Assembly (NCBI GenBank): GCA_963719515.1
Contig: CAVRCJ010000001.1
Coordinates: 223,153-287,152 of the forward strand
Origin: an uncultured cyanobacterium
Lineage (GTDB): Bacteria; Cyanobacteriota; Cyanobacteriia; CAKZMO01
Length of the DNA stretch: 64,000 nucleotides
Direction of reading: 5' to 3'
Below are positions 32,791 to 41,080 of this stretch, in pieces. Position 1 is the stretch's first letter. Each line of letters opens with the position of its first letter. The notes under the pieces are model-generated. The model ran no database searches and was not told the origin of the DNA. It saw only the letters and a program-made list of their open reading frames with translations. Made by a program: the position numbers and the translations under genes.

Positions 32791-33020
32791 ACTATATATT
32801 CAACGTCAGATCTGACGGATAACACCCTGCTTCCCAGATCTTATCAGGCATATCTGACGGATAACACCCTACTTTCCGTGATTATTCACCGCATCTGACG
32901 TCTAACTCCGGGAATCTAGGGTGTTATCCGTCGCTCTTGTCTGATAACCATGGGTTCTAGGGTATTATCCGTCACTTTTGTCAGATAACACCCCATTTAG
33001 CGGTGTTATCCCGTGATTAG
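32791..33020. repeat. attI-like array: six copies of (C)TGACGGATAACACCC(T) in direct and inverted orientation, directly upstream of the integrase-remnant start
   Basis: Homologous arrays occur at 54431-54660 (6 copies) and, degenerate, at 35450-35520. The conserved left border is caactatatattcaacgtcagatctgacgg. Confidence 0.6.
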
Positions 33021-33022
33021 CC

Positions 33023-33103
33023 ATGTCGTCATCCCAGCCTCCTCGCCTGCTCGACCAAGTAAAGCAGGTGCTTCGTACAAAGCAATTGCAGCCTCACAAC
33101 TGA
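33023..33103 (+). pseudogene. integron-integrase-like tyrosine recombinase, N-terminal 27-codon remnant
   Basis: MSSSQPPRLLDQVKQVLRTKQLQPHN* compares with the IntI/XerC N-terminal ..LLDQVRE.IR.KHYS.RTE. A stop follows, and no recombinase catalytic domain is downstream. Confidence 0.5.
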
Positions 33104-33159
33104 GGAGTCCTACATCCACTACATCCACGAATTCATCCTATTGCACGGCGATCGCCCCA

Positions 33160-33365
33160 CAGCAGAACTCCAGAACAAGCCAGCAGAACTGCCGAGTCGG
33201 TCTACAGAACTCCCAAGCAGCTCAACAGAACTCCCGAGCAGCATTTTAGAACTCCTGAGCAGGTCAGCAGAACTAGCGAGCAGCACTACTCAACTCATTA
33301 GCAGCTCAACAGAACTCCAAAGCAACAATTTAGAACTGCTAAGCAGGTCAACAGCACTCCTGAGC
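33160..33365. repeat. ~10 tandem 21-bp repeats (cagaactcc.gagcag.....)
   Basis: Visible periodicity. Homologous array at 54836-55045 is in a different reading frame, so it is not protein-coding. Confidence 0.6.
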
Positions 33366-33513
33366 CGCGATCGCCCCCCCAAAGCGATCGCCCTCCCAAA
33401 GCAGAAAACCATCCCCACCCTCTTGCCAAGCCGCGCACAAATGTCCTACCTTATGGAGCTATGAGCCACAACCCATGGTTCTAGTCTCCCAAAGATTCGG
33501 TCTGGGCGGAGCC

Positions 33514-33535
33514 GCATGTTGTATGCGCAACATGC
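33514..33535. other. conserved hairpin GCATGTTG-n6/7-CAACATGC in module leader
   Basis: The stem is identical and the loops differ (tatgcg / ttgatcc / tgacac) in the three module copies (33514, 35689, 55157). Confidence 0.5.
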
Positions 33536-33674
33536 AGCCCCTAAGCCCCCACGACAGACACTGGCTGTCGGGAACGGCCTGGAGTAATGATATTACCCGG
33601 CCATCCCAAAACCAAAAACGTCGCGGATGTCCGGTCGGCGGGGGGCTCCAATTAACTCAAAAACGGAGTCCCTC

Positions 33675-34022
33675 ATGACAACTCAATATCATTCGCTGCC
33701 TCCCAAGGCGGCACAGTTCGCAGCGCCCCAAAACCCCGCTGCGGAACCCGCAGCGCTGCGGTTAGACTCCCCCATGGAAGCCGAACCCGCTATCTCCACG
33801 CTGATTGAACCCTCCCCAGCGCCGGGCTGCGAGCATTTGCGCCACATCATCATCGGCTCCCCCGAAGGCGTGCGCCAAGCCATCAACCGGCTGCACGTGC
33901 TGCAGTACGTCGAGTGGCGGCTGTGGACCCCGCTGATTGCCATCGGCGAAAAAGGCGTCCACATCACCCCCACCCAAGGCCAAGTGCTCAGCTACCTCAT
34001 CCAGCAGCGGCCTATTCAATAG
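33675..34022 (+). CDS. conserved hypothetical protein, module copy 1 (115 aa)
   Basis: MTTQYHSLPP...CEHLRHIIIGSPEGVRQAINRLHVLQYVEWRLWTPLIAIGEKGVHITPTQGQVLSYLIQQRPIQ. A GGAG ribosome-binding site lies 7 bp upstream. Paralogues are at 35851-36198 and 55317-55691. Confidence 0.6.
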   Translation: MTTQYHSLPPKAAQFAAPQNPAAEPAALRLDSPMEAEPAISTLIEPSPAPGCEHLRHIIIGSPEGVRQAINRLHVLQYVEWRLWTPLIAIGEKGVHITPTQGQVLSYLIQQRPIQ

Positions 34023-34119
34023 CTAGCCCCAGTACTTCACAAAATACTCTGACTGCGATTTAGGGAGGGGAGGAAAGGGGGTAGAGTCAGGCTACCTAAA
34101 ATCGAACTTTAGCCATGTC

Positions 34120-34536
34120 TCAATCCCCTTCTTCAGTTAGAAATTCTTCAGGAGAAAGTGCGGAAACCAGGGACTTTGTAAAATCTGAACCATTTCGGGT
34201 GATGATCGCCGCTGCCCCGCTTGCTGTAGCGGCTGCGCTAGTGACCGCGTCCTCAAAGTCCACCATGGTACTTTTAAGGGCCGTATGAATTACCGATTCT
34301 GTGATGCTAGCCACTTCAAGAATTTGCGCGATCGCCGAGAGAAGCCGGATAGCCTCTTCCCTGCCGACTTTACGGCGCAGGATATAGAACATATTCGTGA
34401 CTGCATGGCCAGCAACCATTCCCTCGTTACCGGGTACAGTTGCCCAGGTCAAAGCCTTCGCAGATTCAACCACGAAAGGTTGACGTTCCATCAACACATC
34501 CAGCAGAACATCACTATCAAAAAGAACTCGCTTCAA
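34120..34536 (-). CDS. PIN-domain (VapC-like) toxin
   Basis: MKRVLFDSDVLLDVL..., ...D..TSAAATASGAAAIITRNGSDFTKS; acidic residues at PIN positions. Confidence 0.7.
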   Translation of the reverse strand: MKRVLFDSDVLLDVLMERQPFVVESAKALTWATVPGNEGMVAGHAVTNMFYILRRKVGREEAIRLLSAIAQILEVASITESVIHTALKSTMVDFEDAVTSAAATASGAAAIITRNGSDFTKSLVSALSPEEFLTEEGD

Positions 34537-34790
34537 CCGTATTTCTTCTCTAGATAATCAATGTATGATGCTTGAGAATCTTGATCATCAAGTGGAACAG
34601 CGCCAACTAGACTCTGTACTAAGGGATGTAGCTCAGCCTTCCACGATGAATCAGGCTCAGGAACTTCTCGCGAAATGGAGTGGGGTTTCCTGAGCGACTC
34701 AAGCAAGCGAATCGCTACCTGCAAGCGCTCTTCTTGAGATAGCTGGCTTGCCGCTGCTAAGACTTCCTGGGCCGTCATATTTTCCTCCAA
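34533..34790 (-). CDS. putative antitoxin / addiction-module component
   Basis: An 85 aa protein (MTAQEVLAAASQLSQEERLQVAIRLLESL) encoded immediately upstream of, and overlapping by 4 bp, the PIN gene. Confidence 0.5.
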   Translation of the reverse strand: MEENMTAQEVLAAASQLSQEERLQVAIRLLESLRKPHSISREVPEPDSSWKAELHPLVQSLVGAVPLDDQDSQASYIDYLEKKYG

Positions 34791-35443
34791 GAACGATTGG
34801 CGGCTAGCTCTCGTACGGTTATTGGCGAGTAGGTCTTAATCGGCGTGAAGAGTTCGTGTTTACCAAGCTGTGCAAAGAGCGGGCCATCTGCGCTGAAGGA
34901 TGATGACTTTGTAAGGGTATCGAGGCGGAAGTCGCGCCGCTGAAATTTGCCCTTACCCAAGTAGCCCCACTCGGCAAAGGTAATTGGCTGACCAGAATGC
35001 GTGCGCATTGTCAGCGCGTCACCATGTACGAGGTTTTGCGATAGCACATAGGACGTAGCCCAATAGAGATCGTCCTCGTCATTTAGACTCAGGTACTCGG
35101 CAAAGATCGATACCATATTGGCGCGGCACTCAGCGATATTGTCCGCCAGTAGCTCAATTCCATAGGTACACATCAGCGCGAGCAGCGCGTAGTGCCGTCG
35201 CTCAAAGTCAGACTTACCATACTTGAGCTCTACAGCGGCGAGCTTGCGCTGAACCACCTGCACCAGAAAGTTGCCGCTGCCGCACGCCGGCTCTAGAAAG
35301 CGAGAGTCAATGCGCTCTGTCTCGTCTTTTACTAGGTCCAGCATTGCTTCCACCATCCACGGTGGCGTAAACACCTCTCCGTGGTCGGCAACACGCTGCT
35401 TGGACTTGACGTAGTTCATAGGCTGACGCTCTGCTGTAGTCAT
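34775..35443 (-). CDS. N6-adenine DNA methyltransferase-like protein, apparently truncated (N-terminal half only)
   Basis: Motif X-like VFTPPWMVEAMLDLV and motif I LEPACGSGNFLV. No (N/D)PP(Y/F) motif was seen within the 222 aa. Confidence 0.45.
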   Translation of the reverse strand: MTTAERQPMNYVKSKQRVADHGEVFTPPWMVEAMLDLVKDETERIDSRFLEPACGSGNFLVQVVQRKLAAVELKYGKSDFERRHYALLALMCTYGIELLADNIAECRANMVSIFAEYLSLNDEDDLYWATSYVLSQNLVHGDALTMRTHSGQPITFAEWGYLGKGKFQRRDFRLDTLTKSSSFSADGPLFAQLGKHELFTPIKTYSPITVRELAANRSWRKI

Positions 35444-35850
35444 TGTGGGCTAACTATATAACCAACACCTATTCAATAACACTCTACTTTCCCAAATCTT
35501 ATCAAGCAATTCTGCTAAGTAGTACTATTATATCTTTTGCGATCGCCCCCCAAAAGCGATCGCCCCACACCACACCACAAAAAACCGCCCCACCCTCTTG
35601 CCAACCCGCGCACAAATGTCCTACCTTATGGAGCTATGAGCCACAACCCACGGTTCTAGTCTCCCAAAGATTCGGTCTGGGCGGAGCCGCATGTTGTTGA
35701 TCCCAACATGCAGCCCCTAAGCCCCCACGATAGGAGTTGGCTATCGGGAACGGCCTGGAGTAATGATATTACCCGGCCATCCCAAAACCAAAAACGTCGC
35801 GGATGTCCGGTCGGCGGGGGACTCCAATTAACTCAAAAACGGAGTCCCTC

Positions 35851-36198
35851 ATGACAACTCAATATCATTCGCTGCCCCCCGAGGCGGCACAGTTCGCAGC
35901 GCCCCAAAACCCCGCCGCGAACCCATCCACGCTGCGGCTAGACTCCCCCATGGAAGCCGAGCCCGCTATCCCCACCCTCATCGAGCCCTCCCCAGCGCCG
36001 GGGTGTGAGCACCTACGGCACATCATCATCGGCTCCCCCGAAGGCGTGCGCCAAGCCATCAACCGGCTGCACGTGCTGCAGTACGTCGAATGGCGGCTGT
36101 GGACCCCGCTAATTGCCATCGGCGAAAAAGGCGTCCACATCACCCCCACCCACGGCCAAGTGCTCAGCTACCTCATCCAGCAGCGGCCCATCCGATAG
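35851..36198 (+). CDS. conserved hypothetical protein, module copy 2
   Basis: About 85 percent identical to copy 1. It follows the same leader and hairpin (35689-35711) and a degenerate attI-like stretch (35450-35520). There is no integrase remnant and no 21-bp repeats. Confidence 0.6.
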   Translation: MTTQYHSLPPEAAQFAAPQNPAANPSTLRLDSPMEAEPAIPTLIEPSPAPGCEHLRHIIIGSPEGVRQAINRLHVLQYVEWRLWTPLIAIGEKGVHITPTHGQVLSYLIQQRPIR

Positions 36199-36282
36199 CC
36201 GTCGGAACGACCCGCGATCGCCCCCAGAGCCGCCCACCTGGCCTCTAGGCGGCGATCGCCACCCCATCTCCTGCTCTGATAT

Positions 36283-37650
36283 CTATAGGGTTGCCAATAT
36301 CTGCCGCGCCTGTTCAGGGCTAGGGAGCCTGTAGCTGCTCAAAGACTTCTCTTTTTCCCACAGCCACTTTTCTCCCGCCGTCAGCACGACCTTAGCTGCA
36401 ATCTGCCAATCGCTAGGTATCTCCAAGCGATTGCCCTGCTCCCAAAGCGCCCGAAACGTTGTCAACCCATTCATATCCATAATCAGCTTCAGCGCAGCGG
36501 CCCCTACCGCACCAAAGTTGTGTGTATCGAAGCCATAGAACAACCCATCATAGTGAAGAAAGACCGCATCTTTACCCGCCCCCTGAGGCCGTCTGGCATG
36601 AACGCCCCGTTGGACGGTCAGTGGATCAGTTCCCCACAGTTTTGGCTGAGACAGATCCCACTCTGAGCGATCGCTCATCGCCGAGTAATGAATGTAGGCC
36701 GGGCCATCGGGCCAGCCCCGCACCGCATTCCCGATTGTCAGCACGGTCAGGTGCTCGCGCAAAAAGCCCTCTACCTCTGCAAGGCTCTCCCCACGCTGAT
36801 TCACAGATATCTGAATATATTGCTTCAGGGCCTGGCAAAGTTCTGTAGACGACCGACTGTAGGCTAGCCAGACTAGCGGCTGACGGGCAGACTTGCTTGC
36901 CTCCAGCAGCTGAATCGCATGCTCTCCAAAGATTGTGCGGACACGGCCATACATCGATAAGATCGTTTCAATGCGATCGCGCTGCCGGCGATCAAACACC
37001 GCCGTGTCTTCCCGCAGCTCTGGCATGATGCCAGCCCCTTCTAGCTCCGGTCGTTTCACCTCTACAAACACCCGGGTCTCTGCCTGCAGCGGCACTACAG
37101 CTTCTCCCTGGTCCATGTCACTTCCCAAATGCATATGAGCCATCTGGATGCCTAAAATGGGCTGATACTGCTCTTCTAGTCTCTGCAGGGCCGTCTGTTC
37201 TCCTTCCCAACCCGCTTTAACGCTATGCAGCGTATTTAGCCCTGGCGTGAAAATGACCTGCTCCCCATTGTCCTGGGTTCCAAAATTCAAGTGGTTTCTA
37301 ATAAACTGCAGCGGCTGAGGCTGAGCCATCACCCGCTCAAAGAAGACTGCTGCCCCGTTCTGGTCAGGAATCGAAAAGTGCCCGCAGTACCCCTCGTCGT
37401 AGCTAGCCGTAAAAGCCATTTCCCGCAGCTCTGGCTTCTCCATATCAGCCTGCCTGACTTGAATATCCGCAGGCAGGTCCGCACCAAACAGCTTTTCTAG
37501 ATTACTGAGCGTTGGTTTAAGCGCAAACAGCTGGTCTTTGGAAAGGCCCAGGTTGAGCAGAGCCGTTATCTCCTCAACCTCTGTATTGCGATCTTCCGCT
37601 GGCCGAGGCGTTGCTTGATGACGAAATTCTTTATTCATGGGCGTTTGCAA
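36283..37650 (-). CDS. hypothetical protein (455 aa, no recognisable motifs)
   Basis: A long uninterrupted ORF with coding-like composition. Confidence 0.45.
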   Translation of the reverse strand: MQTPMNKEFRHQATPRPAEDRNTEVEEITALLNLGLSKDQLFALKPTLSNLEKLFGADLPADIQVRQADMEKPELREMAFTASYDEGYCGHFSIPDQNGAAVFFERVMAQPQPLQFIRNHLNFGTQDNGEQVIFTPGLNTLHSVKAGWEGEQTALQRLEEQYQPILGIQMAHMHLGSDMDQGEAVVPLQAETRVFVEVKRPELEGAGIMPELREDTAVFDRRQRDRIETILSMYGRVRTIFGEHAIQLLEASKSARQPLVWLAYSRSSTELCQALKQYIQISVNQRGESLAEVEGFLREHLTVLTIGNAVRGWPDGPAYIHYSAMSDRSEWDLSQPKLWGTDPLTVQRGVHARRPQGAGKDAVFLHYDGLFYGFDTHNFGAVGAAALKLIMDMNGLTTFRALWEQGNRLEIPSDWQIAAKVVLTAGEKWLWEKEKSLSSYRLPSPEQARQILATL

Positions 37651-38058
37651 GCACCGGACGTTGGGTGATATCTAGCGCTCACTACTATACTCCACAGTCC
37701 GGGTGAATTTTGCTTGTCAGGTGGCAGGGCTAGGCGATGGCAGCGGGCAGACTTCCATCGCCTGAACCACTCTCTGCTCAAGGGCAATTGGCTGGCTCTA
37801 GCGCTCAGGGCAGAAATTCAGACGGGCTGTCTGTCTGGCCGACTGCATGGCGGGACAAAAAATACGGAAGTAACCCTGTCGCTCACGCCCTTTCGAGCAG
37901 CCAGCTAGCCATTTTTTCCATCACTCTGCTAGTGACCTCTTCTCTGTCCTGCAACAGTTGATGGCCTGTCGTGTCCTCGACCCAGAAGCCTTCCGTTAGG
38001 GGGGGGAGCATGTCAGGTTTGCAAGCAGGACGGAGAGGATAGAGGCACTTAGCCCAAG

Positions 38059-38840
38059 GTGCCAGACGATGACTCCCGAGGCTGCTTGCGCTTGAGCGCC
38101 AACGTCTCCTACGCCCAAGCAGCAGATGACGTGGAATACCTCATAGGGGTTCGAGTTGCTGCTAAGACTCAGCAGCGCATCGTGCAACGCCAGGCGTTTT
38201 GCCCTCCTGCAAGGCAGCAGCTTAAAGAAGTTAGCGTCGACGGCGGGAAAGTGCGGCTGAGAATAGCGCTAGGAGAGCCTTGCAGATGGAAAGACTACAA
38301 AGCAGTTGACACTGATGAGGGTGTTGTCGTGGCCAGCTACCGGGACAACGCTACCCTGACGCAGTGGGTCAGCAACCGCTCTCAGCGCCTTTGACGGCTC
38401 TAGGCAACGGGCATGACGGGGTATGAAATATCGTCAGCCAGATGAGCACCTCAGACCAAAGGCGTGAGATTCTCGACTGGTATCACCTGGTGGAAAACCT
38501 GCACAAGGTGGGCGGCTCTGTCAGACGGCTCAACCGAGCCGAGGCCCTGCTATGGCAAGGAAAGGTAGATGAGGCTATAGCACTATTCGTTGGCCTTAAG
38601 CGCCGGGAGGCAAAGAACTTCTACAACTACTTGTGCAAGCATCGCCACCGCATCATCAACTATCACTACTACCAGCAAGAGCAGATTTGCTCTATTGGTT
38701 CTGGGGCTGTTGAGTCAGCTATCAAGCAGGTAGGCCGCAGAGTCAAGATCTCAGGAGCGCAATGGAACGAAGAGAACGTCCCTCAGGCGCTGGCGCATAG
38801 GCGCGCTTATCTCAACGGCCTGATTGGTTTACAAAGGTGA
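38059..38840 (+). mobile_element. ISKra4-like transposase fragments (two ORFs, internal and C-terminal pieces)
   Basis: ...VSVDGGKVRLRIALGEPCRWKDYKAV..., ...ILDWYHLVENLHKV...; 5' part is missing. Confidence 0.45.
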
Positions 38841-38854
38841 CATGCTCCCAACAA

Positions 38855-39259
38855 TCAACCTGTCACTAAGCCAAATACAAAGCTGCCAAGGGCCAAGAAA
38901 AATCCAATCCCCCAAGCAAAACTTCGAAAAGGCGTTATCCCAGCCGCATAGAGCAAAAGATGAAGCAGTCGGGTGATAAAGAAAACGACTGCAGCGGCCT
39001 GCGTCCATACGTTTGAAACACCTGCCACCGCGGCAATCAGAATCAGCGGAGCAAACAAAGACAGACCTTCAACATGATTCCGAACGGTTCGAGTCAGGCG
39101 ACCATGTAAAGGTGTCGCTCCCTTAAAGTTGTGATCCTGCTCCCGGTTAGATAAAGCATACTTGGCGCCCACTGCTTTATCGAGAGCAATCTGTTGAGCA
39201 AAAATGGTCAGCCATAAAGTTGCAGCAGCACCAAGCAGGGCCCAAAGTTCAATAGTCAT
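38855..39259 (-). CDS. MAPEG-family membrane protein
   Basis: 134 aa, 4 hydrophobic helices, ..HGRLTRTVRNHVEGLSLFAPLIL.. pattern. Confidence 0.55.
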   Translation of the reverse strand: MTIELWALLGAAATLWLTIFAQQIALDKAVGAKYALSNREQDHNFKGATPLHGRLTRTVRNHVEGLSLFAPLILIAAVAGVSNVWTQAAAVVFFITRLLHLLLYAAGITPFRSFAWGIGFFLALGSFVFGLVTG

Positions 39260-39398
39260 GATTTTTCCTTGAAAACGGCAGCTAGTTGTGTTGCGGAACT
39301 AGAGTTTTGATACCTTGAGACATTTCGCGGAGATACCAAAAGGATAGGGATACTTTGGAGAAGAAATACTATTCCTTTGGTTATTCAAATACGTGACT

Positions 39399-39596
39399 CT
39401 AGCCGAATATCTGACCACCCACGGCATAGCCCCCTTCAGCCGTTTCCTGAATATGAACATTGATAAACTGCTTGATATCTCCCTTACCAGACTCCTTCGC
39501 CACAGTATTCAATGCTTCAGTAAAAAGCTCAACAATTTTGGCTTTTTCTGCTTTGTTCCAAGCTTTTTGAGGAACAGTCAATCTGATCGTAGGCAT
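39399..39596 (-). CDS. 4-oxalocrotonate tautomerase-family protein
   Basis: MPTIRLTVPQ... start (catalytic Pro1); 65 aa. Confidence 0.65.
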   Translation of the reverse strand: MPTIRLTVPQKAWNKAEKAKIVELFTEALNTVAKESGKGDIKQFINVHIQETAEGGYAVGGQIFG

Positions 39597-39719
39597 GATT
39601 CGATTTCCTTAAGATGATTTGATGACATTGGGCAACAAGCTCTGTGATAGATGGCCATAGCCATTAATCAACAGTTGTTGCAACAGAAGCTGTACAAGCT
39701 TCAGATGTGATTCAGCAGT

Positions 39720-40199
39720 TTAGGAAGCGATCGCTTCGACTGGAAACTGAACTTCCACCACCATTTCTCCCTTATGGCCAGGCTCCGGTGGCACAATAAA
39801 GACCTCTCGACCTGGTCCAGTTAGTCTGTATTGATGGTTTTCTGCCCAGGTACCAATGGCGCTGTAAGAGAGATGGCCATTTTCAGGGCCCCCAAATCGC
39901 ATAGCCGTCACCGCCGTGGAAACGGCAGGTAATTCTCGGACCTTCATCACGGCATCTTGGGAGATGGTAACGGTGAGATCGAGACTTTGATTGAGCGAGA
40001 AACCAAACTCCAAGTCCTAGTTAGACTCTTCATACAGCTCTCCATGGATCACCGCCGCAAAACGCCCCAATGCTTTAGCTTCAACCTGCTCGGCCACCGC
40101 CTGTCTCATTTGGGAGATGGCAGCGAGGGCTTCAGTCAAGTCGCTGCAGGTGCGCCGCAGTGAGAGAAATGGTTGGGCAGGCAGGCTTTTCAAGACCAC
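39720..40199 (-). pseudogene. GyrI-like small-molecule-binding domain protein, split into two frames
   Basis: ORF 40017-40199 (N-terminal half) and 39720-40013 (GPGREVFIVPPEP...EMVVEVQFPV) are separated by a frameshift. Confidence 0.45.
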
Positions 40200-40411
40200 A
40201 TCGTCATCTTGAAATCGATATTACGGCTCGGACTCGGTTCAGCAATTACGAGCGGTTGGGGGTGCCGGAACTTTGGCGCTTTGACGGCACTGGCTTGGAA
40301 ATCTATGTGCTGCAGGAGGGGCGCTACACTCGCTCAGGCGAGAGCGCTCAGTTCCCTGGCTTTGCCCTGCCGCAGGTGATTCCAGAGTCTGTAGCGCAGA
40401 GTAAGACGTAG
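40160..40411 (+). pseudogene. Uma2-family endonuclease C-terminal fragment
   Basis: ...FSNYERLGVPELWRFDGTGLEIYVLQEGRY... matches the C-terminus of the intact Uma2 gene at 45126. Confidence 0.45.
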
Positions 40412-40625
40412 GGTAGGATGGCGACGATAAAGGCGTTTCGGCAGTGGGTAAATGCGAAGTGCTGACTGCCAGTTTAAAGGGGCACGGCGTGAGCGATGGT
40501 GTGCGGCTGGGGGCGAGGGACGAAGTCGTTCAGTAGTTATGGCCCTAACACAAAAAATCTGAAGAAATCTGGGAATGGACTGGATTGAGGGTGTAGCTTT
40601 AGAGATATCGTACCCTCGTCCTCTT

Positions 40626-41045
40626 ATGTCAACCAACGACACGCCTCAGTCGAATCGCTCTGTTCAGGTTGGCGGCAGCGTCACCGGCAGCGCCATCACG
40701 ACCGGAGACAACAACACAGTCTCAGTTCAGTTTCAGCCCGCCTCGCTGCCTCAACCAGAGACGGTTAATATTCAGGCAGAACTCAAGGCATTGCAGGCCA
40801 TTCTAGTCAGCCTAGATGACCCGATTGCCACTGGCGTGGCTCAGAAGCTGGAAGTGGAGGCGAGCAAGCCCAAGCCGGACAAAAGCGTTGTGGAGACGAC
40901 GCTAGAAACTGGGTTGACCTATGCCAAGAACCTATCGGGGTTTGCCGAGGCGATGTCTAAGCTGCAGCCCCACGTTGAGGCAACGGCGAGCTGGCTAGGA
41001 AAGCATGGCTATAAGCTGCTGCCTTTAGTTGGCCTGGCCCTTTAG
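40626..41045 (+). CDS. hypothetical protein sharing an N-terminal Gly/Ser-rich motif with the downstream NACHT-WD40 protein
   Basis: SVQVGGSVTGSAITTGDNNTVSV compares with the N-terminal SAVGSAIVSGSGNTVYV of the NACHT-WD40 protein. Ends 36 bp before that gene. Confidence 0.45.
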   Translation: MSTNDTPQSNRSVQVGGSVTGSAITTGDNNTVSVQFQPASLPQPETVNIQAELKALQAILVSLDDPIATGVAQKLEVEASKPKPDKSVVETTLETGLTYAKNLSGFAEAMSKLQPHVEATASWLGKHGYKLLPLVGLAL

Positions 41046-41080
41046 CAGCTTGAGGTGATCCGTATTAACCGAAAATTTCC

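Noticed and set aside
33013-33464. ORFs 33013-33249 and 33141-33464 (and 54757-55167) reading through the 21-bp repeat arrays
   Set aside because: Homologous arrays are in different frames in copies 1 and 3, giving unrelated peptides, so they are treated as non-coding repeats. They are also not CRISPR: there are no unique spacers between the units.
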